From NCBI GenBank assembly GCA_963754925.1, contig CAVWHX010000011.1, forward strand, positions 157,982 to 221,981: a DNA stretch of 64,000 nt, given 5' to 3'. Shown in pieces: positions 20,577-30,881 of the stretch. Under the pieces are notes generated by a model. That model worked only from the letters and a program-made list of their open reading frames with translations, had not been told where the DNA came from and searched no databases. Within the stretch, counting starts at the first letter, position 1. Each line of letters begins with the position of its first letter. Both the position numbers and the translations under genes were made by a program. The stretch is from an uncultured delta proteobacterium (GTDB lineage: Bacteria > Myxococcota > B64-G9).

Positions 20577-22661
20577 ATGGAAAAATTTTTCTATCCTCGC
20601 AGCCTGGTAGTATTCGGGGCTTCAACGACAAAAATGAATCTCGGACAAATCGTCCTGCTCAACAACAAACAAATCGGCTTCAAAGGCGCCCTGTACGGCG
20701 TCGGCAGCCAGGCGGGCGAAATAAACGGCATCCCCGTTTATAAAAATGTCGCCGATCTTCCGGAAACTCCCGATGTCGCCATTTTCTTAACGCCGGCTAA
20801 AACCGTCCCCGCCCTTATGGAGGCCTGCGGCCAAAAGGGAATCCGGCATATCGTCATTGAATCGGGCGGCTTTAGCGAATATTCGGACGACAATTACTCT
20901 CTCGAGGAAGAAGTTCTAAAAATTGCCGAAAAATACGGCATGAAGGTCATCGGCCCGAACTGCGTTGGTACCGTAAATTTCGACATCAACATGATGATGC
21001 CGTTTGCTTTTTTTAAGGATATCCCGACCGGCGGCCGTGTCGGCCTTATTGTCCAGAGCGGCGGCGTTGGCGGAACGTATCTGCGCGGTATTTACGGTCA
21101 CGGCATCAAACCAGGTAAATTTGTTGCGATAGGAAACAAGCTCCAGCTCGATGAGGTTGATTTCCTCGAATATCTTCTTCACGACGACAAGACCGATCTT
21201 ATCGCCGCGTATCTGGAAGGGTTCAAACGGGGAAGATCTTTTTTTGATCTGGCCATGCAATCGGAAAAACCGATAATCGTGCAAAAATCCAACACCAGTC
21301 CGATGAGCGCAAAGATTGCTCAATCTCACACCGCGGCGCTTTCGAGCAGCGAGGAAGTGGTCGACGGCGCTTTTCGTCAGGCGGCGGTCATCCGCATTGA
21401 AGATGAGCCTGCGTTTATTGACGCCATCAAAGTGATCCGTCTCCCGCTGATGAAGGGCCGGCGCGTCGCCGTTCTTTCGCGCTCGGGTGGACACGCGGTT
21501 CTCTCCGCCGACGCCTGCGCCAAGTTCGGTTTTGAAATTGTCCCGTTCCCTCACCCATTCATCGAAAAGCTCAAAACCATTTATAACACCCGCGTTATCG
21601 CCCACCAGAACCCTCTGGATCTGGGAGAGATCTTCGACTACACCATATTCATCCAAATTCTTGAGGAAGCTCTGAAGCTGGATACGTATGACGGCGTTTT
21701 ATTCAACCATGTATATGCAGCCAATTTTGAAGCGCAAATGTCGCGGACGTTCCTTTCGGGCGTAGAACAGCTCGTTGAAAAATATCAAAAACCGGTCTGC
21801 TTGGCCCTCATTTCAGACCGTGAGGAAATTCTCGATATTTCGAAGACTCAAGCATTTCCTACTTTCACCTCGCCGTTGGAGGCAGCAGCCGCTCTTCATG
21901 TTTCGTTGACGTATTATCAACGCAAGGAAGCGCGTAACGCCCGGGGCAACGTTCCCTCCTATGATGTTGATCGAGACACGATTCAAACCATCGGGAAATG
22001 CTGCGGCCGGGAAAAACGGATCCCGCTCACCGACGAAGCTCTGACTATTTGCTCAGCTGCCGGATTGCAGCCGGTAAAAAGCATGGTCGTCCGCAACGCC
22101 AAATCCGTTGGCCGCATCCCCTTGAAGTATCCCGTCGCCCTGAAAATCATTTCCCGCGATGCCTCCCATAAATCAGATGTCGGCGGCGTGAAGATACATA
22201 TCATCAACCGGAAAGCTCTGGTTGCGGCCATCGCAGAAATGGAAAAAACCATCAAGCGCCTGAAGCCGCGTCCAACCATCGATGGCTTTCTGGTTCAAGA
22301 GATGGCGCAGGCGGGTATCGAATGTTTTGTCGGCGGCCGTCGTGACCAGGCTTTCGGCCCTATCATCATGGTGGGACTGGGAGGCGTTTTCATCGAGATA
22401 TTCAAGGATACGTCGATCCGCTTAGCGCCGGTGACCAAAAAGGAGGCTACCGACATGCTCAAAGAACTCAAAGCCTACCCTCTTCTCCAGGGAGTTAGAG
22501 GCAAAGGCCGGGCCGATGTAAAAGCCCTGGTTGAGGTTATCTGTCGTGTATCTTCGTTGCTCACAACGTGTCCCGAGATACGCGAAATGGATCTCAACCC
22601 GGTCATGGTCCATCCCGACGGCCACGGCGTCTCGATTGTTGATGCCCGGGTATTTTTCTAA
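20577..22661 (+). CDS. Acetate/acyl-CoA ligase (ADP-forming), fused alpha-beta
   Basis: CoA-binding N-terminus, GPNCVG, QSGG, SHTAAL (catalytic His), NPLDL, ATP-grasp HKSDVGGV, DLNPV. Confidence 0.9.
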   Translation: MEKFFYPRSLVVFGASTTKMNLGQIVLLNNKQIGFKGALYGVGSQAGEINGIPVYKNVADLPETPDVAIFLTPAKTVPALMEACGQKGIRHIVIESGGFSEYSDDNYSLEEEVLKIAEKYGMKVIGPNCVGTVNFDINMMMPFAFFKDIPTGGRVGLIVQSGGVGGTYLRGIYGHGIKPGKFVAIGNKLQLDEVDFLEYLLHDDKTDLIAAYLEGFKRGRSFFDLAMQSEKPIIVQKSNTSPMSAKIAQSHTAALSSSEEVVDGAFRQAAVIRIEDEPAFIDAIKVIRLPLMKGRRVAVLSRSGGHAVLSADACAKFGFEIVPFPHPFIEKLKTIYNTRVIAHQNPLDLGEIFDYTIFIQILEEALKLDTYDGVLFNHVYAANFEAQMSRTFLSGVEQLVEKYQKPVCLALISDREEILDISKTQAFPTFTSPLEAAAALHVSLTYYQRKEARNARGNVPSYDVDRDTIQTIGKCCGREKRIPLTDEALTICSAAGLQPVKSMVVRNAKSVGRIPLKYPVALKIISRDASHKSDVGGVKIHIINRKALVAAIAEMEKTIKRLKPRPTIDGFLVQEMAQAGIECFVGGRRDQAFGPIIMVGLGGVFIEIFKDTSIRLAPVTKKEATDMLKELKAYPLLQGVRGKGRADVKALVEVICRVSSLLTTCPEIREMDLNPVMVHPDGHGVSIVDARVFF

Positions 22662-22912
22662 AAGTAGCGATAATGGATCCCCGCGGTCCTTATCAGAATG
22701 GAAGATATCCCATCTCTCGATCCCCCGCACCATTACATGATGATATGTGTCCCTATCCCACTAGTGGGTTATCGGTAGCCCTCTGTCAGTAACAGTAGTG
22801 GTAGAGCGCACCAAAAGTATCGAGTCGGGGACCTCTCGGCATGAAGGTAACGCTATGGGGAAGGTGATGTTTGTGCAAAAAAATAGTGTTAATATCTGAG
22901 CAACATCCCCGA

Positions 22913-23206
22913 TTATCGATATCCTGTTTTTGAGGCAATAGGTAGCGGCGGCTCCTGATGAAAGGTATCAAAATCCACCGCCGGTTCTGATGCCGCTGAA
23001 CGCGCGCTAATCAGTATTTTTTGGGCAATAAATGTCGGTAGTTCCTCGTGGGAGGTATCAAAATCCACCGCCGGTTCTGGTCCCGCTGAACGCACGCTAA
23101 TCAATTGAGCACACTTCCCCAGTAGCGATACAACTATTGCCGGTAATGCGATAAGAAATAAGCATACGGTTGCGACAATAACTATCAAGGGATTCTTCGC
23201 TTTCAT
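22913..23206 (-). CDS. Small hypothetical protein with N-terminal hydrophobic segment and internal 30-aa duplication
   Basis: GGAGG RBS upstream; LISVRSAGPEPAVDFDTSHEE / LISARSAASEPAVDFDTFHQE; 90-nt period repeat at 22924-23103. Confidence 0.55.
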   Translation of the reverse strand: MKAKNPLIVIVATVCLFLIALPAIVVSLLGKCAQLISVRSAGPEPAVDFDTSHEELPTFIAQKILISARSAASEPAVDFDTFHQEPPLPIASKTGYR

Positions 23207-23394
23207 GATAGCCTCCTTGGAAGAAGATCAGTGATCAGTGAATAGGAATCATTCCTCATTCACCATTCCCCGACCACCAGGCAAAAACGATTCCTCTGAC
23301 CCTCAATTCCCAGCTGTTGGTGATCAGAAAAGAAAACAGCCCGCCGAAGGGTACGATAATCAAATGGACGTGTCAAGAAAAAAATCGTAATTAA

Positions 23395-23530
23395 CTAAAA
23401 AACTAATTGTACCAATTCCTTAACCCTGTATTTGCCGATGCGGTCGACATCGAGGCTGCCCAAAGACAGATTGCTGCCGTACTCCTGCACCGAGGTTACT
23501 TCATAGAGATGTTGCCCGGTGGGGTTCTTA
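23395..23530 (-). pseudogene. Orphan 3-prime remnant of a strictosidine-synthase-like gene
   Basis: NPTGQHLYEVTSVQEYGSNLSLGSLDVDRIGKYRVKE aligns without gaps to the C-terminus of 23915..24982. Confidence 0.8.
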
Positions 23531-23566
23531 AGCTCTCGGATCTTGCGCCCGATGGCTGGTATGTTG

Positions 23567-23848
23567 TTAGTTGTTTTTTCTCTTTTTCCTTGTCCAGCGC
23601 CGGATACCAATTATCGCGCTACCGACAGCAACAATGATGAGGAAATTTTCTACGACAAGCCCAACAAGACACGCCGGCACGCTGGGATCGTGAACGTTCC
23701 CGGACACCCAAATCGCGAACAACAGAAGCGGCGAATAAATGTAGAACAGCAGATCCGATCTCGAACCTAAACTTGCCCACCAAAAAGAGGCGGTGAATGC
23801 GACGGCGATCGCAAGCGACAACCCGCACCACAGTGCTATGTTTCTCAT
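23567..23848 (-). CDS. Small hypothetical membrane protein (3 TM)
   Basis: Three hydrophobic segments and basic C-terminal tail. Confidence 0.5.
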   Translation of the reverse strand: MRNIALWCGLSLAIAVAFTASFWWASLGSRSDLLFYIYSPLLLFAIWVSGNVHDPSVPACLVGLVVENFLIIVAVGSAIIGIRRWTRKKRKNN

Positions 23849-23914
23849 ACGGTGCATTTGTGTCCTCAAACTGCCAGCGGATTCGTCGTTTGGGCCATCC
23901 GTGGATTCCGCACC

Positions 23915-24982
23915 CTATTCCCCGACCTGGTACTTGCCGATTCGGTCGGCTTCAAGACTCCCTAAATACAGGTAGCCACCGTATTCCTGTGCCGAGGTGA
24001 CCTCATAAAGGTGTTCGCCGGTAGGGTCCTGGAGGGATTCTACAATCTCGCCTTTTTCGTTCAGGGCCACGACCAGGCCGTAGCGCTTCGGTTTCGGCAA
24101 TAAGAATTTCGGAAGCTTGGACGCAATTAATTTCACGAAGGGATACGGACTAATCGCATCCAGGAGAGGATCCCGGGTGGTAAACAACGCGAGCCAAAAC
24201 CGTCCCTTCCGGTTCGCAGAGATGTTGTCCGGAAACCCGGGGAGATTATCGATGAAAATGTCGCTTCCGCCGGCCTTGGATCCCGCAAGCCAATACCGTT
24301 GAATGCGAAATCGGGACGTCTCATTCACCAAGACAAAATCTTCGTTTTGAGATAAGGCGACACCGTTTGCGAAGAAGAGATCCTTCATCAGCACGGTTAC
24401 CTGCTTGGTCGCCGGATCGTAGCTCATAAACCTTCCATGCGGCCGCGCTTCGAATATGTCGTAAAGAAAGTCGCGTATCTCGAACTTGTCCGACGCATCA
24501 GTGAAATAGATTATGCCGTTGCCGGCGATATCGAGCGCGTCGGTAAATTTGAACGGACCTCCTTCGGCGGTCGTGGCCAGCACCGTTATCGCACCGTTTT
24601 TATCGATGGAGAGCAGGCCCTTATACGCATCGCAAACGACAAGGTTGCCGTCGCGATCAAACTTCATTCCCAGCGGGCGCCCTCCGGTTTCGGCAAACGT
24701 TTCCATCTTGCCGTCTGGCAGTATCCGTAGTATTATGCCTCCCCACGTCCCGCCATAAACGCGACCCTGGTCATCCACCGCAACTTCCTCGGGCCCGTTG
24801 ATCGTTCCCTTGGCCAAAAGCTCGGCTTTCTGGAGCAGATTGTTCGGCGCCAGAACCCCGGTCATTTCAGGCTGTTGGGGAGGGTTATACGCAACGGGAT
24901 CAGTTGGCGCTTTGGACAGAGCCAGGGCAATTAAGAGCGCAAGAATCACCACGGAAATTAAAAACGCCAGTTTTTTCAGCAT
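23915..24982 (-). CDS. Strictosidine synthase-like / SMP-30-gluconolactonase beta-propeller (APMAP-like)
   Basis: GPEEVA, GRPLGM, IYFTDAS, FANGVALS, LPGFPDNI; start at ATG 24982 after GGAGG (the longer ORF only translates a REP). Confidence 0.9.
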   Translation of the reverse strand: MLKKLAFLISVVILALLIALALSKAPTDPVAYNPPQQPEMTGVLAPNNLLQKAELLAKGTINGPEEVAVDDQGRVYGGTWGGIILRILPDGKMETFAETGGRPLGMKFDRDGNLVVCDAYKGLLSIDKNGAITVLATTAEGGPFKFTDALDIAGNGIIYFTDASDKFEIRDFLYDIFEARPHGRFMSYDPATKQVTVLMKDLFFANGVALSQNEDFVLVNETSRFRIQRYWLAGSKAGGSDIFIDNLPGFPDNISANRKGRFWLALFTTRDPLLDAISPYPFVKLIASKLPKFLLPKPKRYGLVVALNEKGEIVESLQDPTGEHLYEVTSAQEYGGYLYLGSLEADRIGKYQVGE

Positions 24983-25024
24983 ACTCACCTCCCCTTGCGA
25001 GGGTGTTACATAAGAAAAAAAATG

Positions 25025-25094
25025 GTCACCCCCGCGCAGGCGGGGGTCCAGATGTCCTTCGTAAAGACTGGATTCCCGCTTCCGCGGGAATGAC
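25025..25094. repeat. GTCAT(T/C)CCCGC-type REP-like inverted doublet
   Basis: gtcacccccgcgcaggcgggggtccag ... ctggattcccgcttccgcgggaatgac. Confidence 0.8.
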
Positions 25095-25141
25095 ACCCAA
25101 AGAGGTCTACAATACCCTCCTGCTAGATTAAGAAAATATGC

Positions 25142-26281
25142 CTATTCCAATTTTCCTCGTAGATTCGCCTGTATTGCCTGTGCTTCTTTTACCGTTCTTT
25201 CGATAACCTCGGCGACCGTAGGGAGGTCATGAATGATACCCTGCACCTGCCCGATAAGCTGCACACCTTTTTCAAGATCACCTTCCTGGGTGGCTTTTTG
25301 TATCGCAAGGTATGCCTGCGCCATGTGCGCAAGATTCATGGCCGTTTTCGGGCCTTCAAAGAAACCTCTTATGATTGATTTCTTTTTTCTTGGTCTATCG
25401 CTGGAATGAGATGGTGCCGGCGAACCCGGCGTTCGTTCGGATTTTTCTTTTTTTCCCCTGATACCGTCGATGTCGCCAGCTTGGTCCACGATAGGTTCAA
25501 CGATTTTGCTATCGCAAAAGACGCCATTAACCCTTTGGGCAGGTTGCGCCCCCTCTTGACGGCCTTTTCGGCGGCCGGGGTTTTCAGCACGCGGCAGTAC
25601 AACGCATCGAAGCGGTTCGAATAGATCGTGTCTTCAATACCGCTCTCAAGCTCCTTCTTTTGAGTTCTTTCGTGGACCGGGCTTTCCTTGGTCATGGAAA
25701 GCCGCGTTCCCATCCCGATACCTTCCGCCCCCAAAGCAAGCGCCGCTGCCATACCCCGGCCGTCGGCAATTCCCCCGATGGCGACGACCGGGATCTTAAC
25801 CGCATCGACGACCGCAGGCACCAATACCAGCGTCGTAACCAGACTTCCATGCGCCGCCGCCTCATGGCCGGTTACTTGCAGGGCGTCGGCTCCCGATCTC
25901 TCCGCAGCCAGAGCGTGTTGGACGGTTGTTACGGTCGCTATCACCTTGCCGCCGTAAGCATGAACTCTTTTTTATGAGATCGACTCCCTTGCCCAGCGAT
26001 AGGTTGAGGACCGGAACCTTCTCAGCAATCGCGACCTCGGCGTTTTCTCGGGCGCCGGGCATAATGAGCGTGATGCCCACGCCAAAAGGCTTATCGGTAA
26101 GCTGTCTGATTCTGTTAATGGATTCTCTGGTCTTATCAGGACTCAGAGGACCGGTGGCGAGGTATCCGAGCCCTCCGGCATTGCACACCGCGGCCACGAG
26201 CGTAGGCACGCTAATCCAACTCATCCCCGGAAGAATGATGGGATACTTGATCCCGAATAATTCCGTTATTCTTGTTTTCAC
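25142..26281 (-). CDS. Nitronate monooxygenase / FabK-like flavoprotein, two frameshifts (~25970, ~25455)
   Basis: MKTRITELFGIKYPI, NAGGLG, GHEAAAH, IGGIADGRG, GQVQGIIHDLPTV across three overlapping ORFs; breaks lie in homopolymer runs. Confidence 0.85.
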
Positions 26282-26328
26282 GGTAGGTTCCCCGAAATTT
26301 CAGAATGTTCGTATTGTGGTGATCCCGG

Positions 26329-27216
26329 TCATCCGATGAAGATTCCTGCCGCAAGGAGCGCGGGCGTGGCAAGGTTGAGCACGACGTTCATACCCATAGA
26401 GGGAATGAGGGCCGGAGTGTTTTCCGCATTTTTCAATGCCCCTAAAAAAGCTGGTACCGCGATTACCATGGTGAGGAGCGCCAGCAAGCAAAACACCGGA
26501 AGCTTCCCGGTCGCTACCCCTGCAATAATTGAAACGTAGGTAAAAAGTAGAAACAGTCCATAGATGATGCTGCTTGTTTTCTTGCCCACGGTAATTGGAT
26601 AGTGTTTTCTTCCAATGGTCTTGTCCGCTTCCGCATCGGGGAACTGATTGAGCAGCAGCAGGTTGCTCACCAGAAAAGAGGGGACCAGCGAGGCGATGAG
26701 CGCGGTAACGGAATACGATCCTGCCAGCGCAAAATGGGTCCCATTGACCATGAGCACCCCAAAGCCCAGTCCCGGCGCAATGAGACACAAAAGCGGGTTT
26801 TTGGTAAGCCATACGGTATAGGCAACCAGCAGAAAAAGGCCGACAGCCCCGATCGGAAGAAGCATCCATCCCCTGAGATAGACGAAATAAACCCCCACGG
26901 CAGCGGTCGTGAAAAACGAGACGAGCGATACCACCAACGCAAGCTTCACCAGTTGCGGTTGCGCGGGCAAGGTGCCGCTTCCCCCGCTGAAGGGGGTTTT
27001 ATCTGTTTTTGCATCGAGACCGGATTTGAAATCAAAGTACTCATTGAATGCGTTCACACACGCGTGAGCGGAGACCGCGCCAATAAGTACCATAACGACT
27101 TGTATCCAGTGTATGGTGCCCGTCTCGCGATACGCGCTGGCAACGCCTACCGAGACGCATGCGGGTGCGAGAAGCAAGAAGGGGGCCCGTATGATACCCA
27201 TGATTGCTTTTATCAT
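26329..27216 (-). CDS. menA: UbiA-family prenyltransferase, 1,4-dihydroxy-2-naphthoate octaprenyltransferase-like
   Basis: NEYFDFKSGLD and NQFPDAEADKTIGRKH aspartate-rich motifs; multi-TM. Confidence 0.75.
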   Translation of the reverse strand: MIKAIMGIIRAPFLLLAPACVSVGVASAYRETGTIHWIQVVMVLIGAVSAHACVNAFNEYFDFKSGLDAKTDKTPFSGGSGTLPAQPQLVKLALVVSLVSFFTTAAVGVYFVYLRGWMLLPIGAVGLFLLVAYTVWLTKNPLLCLIAPGLGFGVLMVNGTHFALAGSYSVTALIASLVPSFLVSNLLLLNQFPDAEADKTIGRKHYPITVGKKTSSIIYGLFLLFTYVSIIAGVATGKLPVFCLLALLTMVIAVPAFLGALKNAENTPALIPSMGMNVVLNLATPALLAAGIFIG

Positions 27217-27359
27217 TAGTAGCGCCTCCCCGCGGGCTCAGACGGTGAACGTTTAAATCCACGCTCGGGGCGAGTTGACTCTGAATTCGCCCTTTTGTCA
27301 AATGACTGAAAAAATTGGAAGTGGGTCATGTTCAGATAGGCTCTTGGCATTCACGAGCT

Positions 27360-28088
27360 TCAGGCTGTTCGGCGCGCGCTCACGATCGAGGCGACGCCCC
27401 ATGAGAGGTCGAAGCCGTAGATGTTCTCGAAGCCGAGTTGCAAAAGACCGCGTTCGTACTGGTCGCGCCGGAGGAAACCGGCCATGCTCCGCGCGAGGTA
27501 CCGGTATGCGCCTCGGTCTCCGGAGATTAATCCGCCGACCAGGGGCAGTATGAGACCGGCGTACGCGCGATGAAAGGCGCGCGCCGCGAGCAGCGTCGGA
27601 CGGAAAAGCTCGAGTGTCACAAACAACCCTCCCGGCCGCAGCACGCGCGGCACCTCGCGCAAATCGGCGATCGGATCGGCCAGGTTGCGCACGCCAAACG
27701 CGCACACGACGGCGGAAAACGTGCCATTCGCAAAAGGCAGATTGGTCACGTCCGCTTCCACGACCTCCGCGCTCGTCGCCTTGCGACGGCCGAGTTCGAG
27801 CATCACCGGAGAGAAATCCACCGCGACAACACGATCACCCGGGCGTGCACGCACGAGCAGGGCCGTCATGTCCATGGTTCCAGCGCACAGGTCCAGCAAC
27901 GGGCCCGCCGGCGCCTGGGCCGCGAGCGCCACCGCGCGCGACCGCCAGCGTTGGTCGATGCCGATCGACAGGAGCCGGTTCAACCGGTCGTACGACTTTG
28001 CTATCCGCTCGAACATCCCCCGCGTGGCGTTGCGGTGCTTCGCCTCGGCCCCGCGCCGATTGCTCACTTCTGCGATTGGCTCGCTCAC
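27360..28088 (-). CDS. ubiE: Ubiquinone/menaquinone biosynthesis methyltransferase UbiE/MenG
   Basis: MFERIAKSYDRLNRLLSIGIDQRWR, LDLCAGTMD, FGVRN, AYRYLARS. Confidence 0.88.
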   Translation of the reverse strand: MSEPIAEVSNRRGAEAKHRNATRGMFERIAKSYDRLNRLLSIGIDQRWRSRAVALAAQAPAGPLLDLCAGTMDMTALLVRARPGDRVVAVDFSPVMLELGRRKATSAEVVEADVTNLPFANGTFSAVVCAFGVRNLADPIADLREVPRVLRPGGLFVTLELFRPTLLAARAFHRAYAGLILPLVGGLISGDRGAYRYLARSMAGFLRRDQYERGLLQLGFENIYGFDLSWGVASIVSARRTA

Positions 28089-28137
28089 GGTCGCGCTCTC
28101 CTGCGGTGTCGTGCAACCAGGTTAGAAAAAATATCTT

Positions 28138-29248
28138 CTATTCTTTTTTATCGCCGATAGCTTCCGGCTCGCTAAAGAATCGGCTGCGGCGGTATGCCTC
28201 CAACGAGTGAACTAAAAGAACCTTTCCAACCGCAGTTGCCGGTATGGCAAGCAGTACGCCGAGAAAACCGAACAGCCCCCCAAAGGCAAGAAGCGCCAAT
28301 ATCACCACCACGGGCGCAAGTCCTAACTTTTTACCCAATACATTGGGAGTAAGAAACAATGAGTCAAGGATGGGAACGACGCTAAACCCAATGAGAACCG
28401 TTAAAAACGATGTCCACGGGTAGCCTTCAAGCAATAAAAATAACCACGACAACGATAATCCGGTTACGATCCCAAGGTAGGGAACCATGTTGAAAAGACC
28501 GGCTACAATCCCGATGATAAGCGCCGCGGGTACCCCGATGATCGACAGCATAGTGCTATAAACGGCGGCAAGCACCACACAGACGGTCAGCTGACCGCGT
28601 ATGAAGCCCGCCAGTACCGCATCGATTTCACGAGCGAGGCGTAACGTATACTCGCGCCGAGAGGGCGGGATGAGCTCCTTGACCCAGGTTTCGATTTTTG
28701 CAAAGTCCCTAAGGAAATAAAAGGTAAAGAGCGGAATGACGATGATATACAATAGCGAGCTCAGAAGACCCAACGTGCCCGACAGCATCGTGCTCCAGAA
28801 TGGCGCCGGCCGGGCCGGCCAGGGAGGTCATCTGCCCGCCCAACTGTTGTTTGATCGAAGAGAGCGCTTCATCGAAGCTAGCGGGAACCTCTATTTGAAG
28901 ATTATTTTGGATCCAGGGGACGGCATGCTGGCGAATCTCGTCAAGATACCCCGGCATCCTCTTCATCAGGGATGCGATCTCGTTCTGCAGCGCCGGCACA
29001 ATCAGCATGATCAGGCCTACCGCCAGCACCAACAAAATGAACAAACACAAAACCGTGCCGAGACTGCGCGGCAGGTGCCAGCGCGCGAGCCGCTCGACCA
29101 AAGGATTGAAAGCATAGGCAAGGAGAAACGCCAACAATACCGGCGTAAGAATTCCCCTCAAGAAATACAGTACAACGACGACCAGCGCGGTCCAGAAGAG
29201 AACCTGGAACATACGCTTGCTCAGGTATCGTTCAGTTGAGGCGCTCAT
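28138..29248 (-). CDS. AI-2E family transporter, frameshift near 28795
   Basis: LTPVLLAFLLAYAFNPLV, GFIRGQL, NMVPYLG, GGLFGFLGVLLAIP across ORFs 28709..29248 and 28138..28788. Confidence 0.85.
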
Positions 29249-29267
29249 ATTCCGAATATCCTATTCT

Positions 29268-29424
29268 TAGATTTCCACCTGCGCGGGAATAACGTATTAT
29301 AAAAAATAGGAGTCATTTTCGTCATCCCCGCGAAAGCGCTGTGCGGCTTGGCTGGGGATCCAGTTAGTGGCAATAGTGTTTCGTATGTACTTCATTTCTG
29401 GATTCCCACCTTTGTGGGAATGAC
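29268..29424. repeat. Cluster of GTCAT(T/C)CCCGC-type REP-like palindromes
   Basis: gatttccacctgcgcgggaataac; gtcatccccgcgaaagcg...ggggatccag (29321); ctggattcccacctttgtgggaatgac (29398). Confidence 0.75.
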
Positions 29425-29656
29425 TGATCGTTAAACCGCATATCACGGTTGATGGTCGCGCGACTTGTTCCACGAGACCCATTCTTCTTCTTCAGCGGTC
29501 GGTTCGCCGGTAAAATCGAGCTTCGTCATTTTTCCATCGGTGCCGACTCCCGCGATGACGAGCACGACAGCCAAGCCGCGCGGCCGGGGTGCCGAACGTT
29601 AAACAACGGTAACCAACAAATAATAAACATACAAGCTTGCCTCCCGCGGGAACAGA

Positions 29657-30841
29657 TCACTTCAAGTTGATCTTAATCGAGTTTGGCTTGACCTCAGTTA
29701 CCTCTGCCTTTAAACCGCCGCCAAAATCCTTTGCCTCTAAGACAGCAGCCAAGGCATTGGCTTTGCCGGCATATTGAAGATCCAATACCGCCAATCCTCT
29801 GCTCAGGCTTTGCTGGTTAACCGTTTTGACGCCCCGCATATCTTTCATCACCTCAATCAGCTTCGAAAGCATGCGGTTGTTTTTGACTCCGGCGACTTCC
29901 ATTCGAATGCTTTCGACGCCGTAAGCGCTCGCTTTGAAATTCTTGGTGATCTTTTCGATCAGATCATCGGCCAGTTTTTCGGAAGCCTTTTTGAGGGCCT
30001 TGGTGCCGGCTTCGGCAGCGCTGATATGCGGGACTATCGCCTGCGCCGTGGCGACGGCCATCACCTCGCCGTTGCTGGTATTGATGGCATGAACGCCTAT
30101 CTCGGCGGAGGCAGACCGCCAACGTTTTCCCTCTACCGTCTCGCCAATGTCTTTAGCCAGGGCCTTGCCAACAATCACGACCTGGGCCTCCGTTATCTGC
30201 TGGGCCATTTGGCGAGCTTGTTGATCGCTAATAAATGCAACCGGCGTTCTCAGTTTCAGGCGATCGGCCAATCCTTTCGGATCGACAAAGGTAAAACCCT
30301 TTTCCATCATTTTTTCCATAAGCGTGTTCGTAACCACGTCCATCTCGAGGCTTACCATTGTATTGTTTCCCCACCAATAGTTCGGTCGGTCCATACCGAT
30401 GTTTTGCTTCGCGATCATCACCAGCAGCTTGGGCCTTCCCTTGGCCTCGTTTATCAGGATGCTGAGCGCGTCGAGATCGTTTTGGATTGCGCCCTTTGAA
30501 ACCTCGGCTTTGACCTCTACGATCTTGACGCCATCCTCGATCCGCTCGCCGGTGATCTTGTACTTCGTGACGTACCCGGATGCCTTGGAATAGATTTTAT
30601 CCGTGAGCAACTGGTAGTTCTCGGTGACGGTTGCGGAGGATATCATGGTACGTACAGCGGACTCTATCGCCTTATGCAAAGCATCTTCAATGGCTTTGTC
30701 CCGCGCCGCGGCCCGATCGTTGTCGACTATCGCCGTTTGGCCGGTAGCTTCGACCGTCTCAGTCTCTTGCGCGCGTAAAACACCGCTCGCTGCAACTATC
30801 AAAAGACCCGCCACAAATCCGAAGCGAGTATGGTTCTTCAT
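29657..30841 (-). CDS. Exported protein with FlgT-like N-terminal domain
   Basis: Signal peptide; VEATGQTAIV...ARDKAIEDALHKAIE...ASGYVTKYKI pattern. Confidence 0.65.
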   Translation of the reverse strand: MKNHTRFGFVAGLLIVAASGVLRAQETETVEATGQTAIVDNDRAAARDKAIEDALHKAIESAVRTMISSATVTENYQLLTDKIYSKASGYVTKYKITGERIEDGVKIVEVKAEVSKGAIQNDLDALSILINEAKGRPKLLVMIAKQNIGMDRPNYWWGNNTMVSLEMDVVTNTLMEKMMEKGFTFVDPKGLADRLKLRTPVAFISDQQARQMAQQITEAQVVIVGKALAKDIGETVEGKRWRSASAEIGVHAINTSNGEVMAVATAQAIVPHISAAEAGTKALKKASEKLADDLIEKITKNFKASAYGVESIRMEVAGVKNNRMLSKLIEVMKDMRGVKTVNQQSLSRGLAVLDLQYAGKANALAAVLEAKDFGGGLKAEVTEVKPNSIKINLK

Positions 30842-30881
30842 GAACGTCTCCTTCACTGTTCGTCTCAAAGCTGCATGATTT

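Noticed and set aside
23416..24029. Possible diversity-generating retroelement TR/VR pair
   Set aside because: Mismatches are not adenine-specific and are mostly at third codon positions; no reverse transcriptase in the window
24983..25096. N-terminal extension MSFPRKRESS...LDPRLRGGD of the strictosidine-synthase-like ORF
   Set aside because: It is the translation of a REP-like palindrome; the real start with RBS is at 24982
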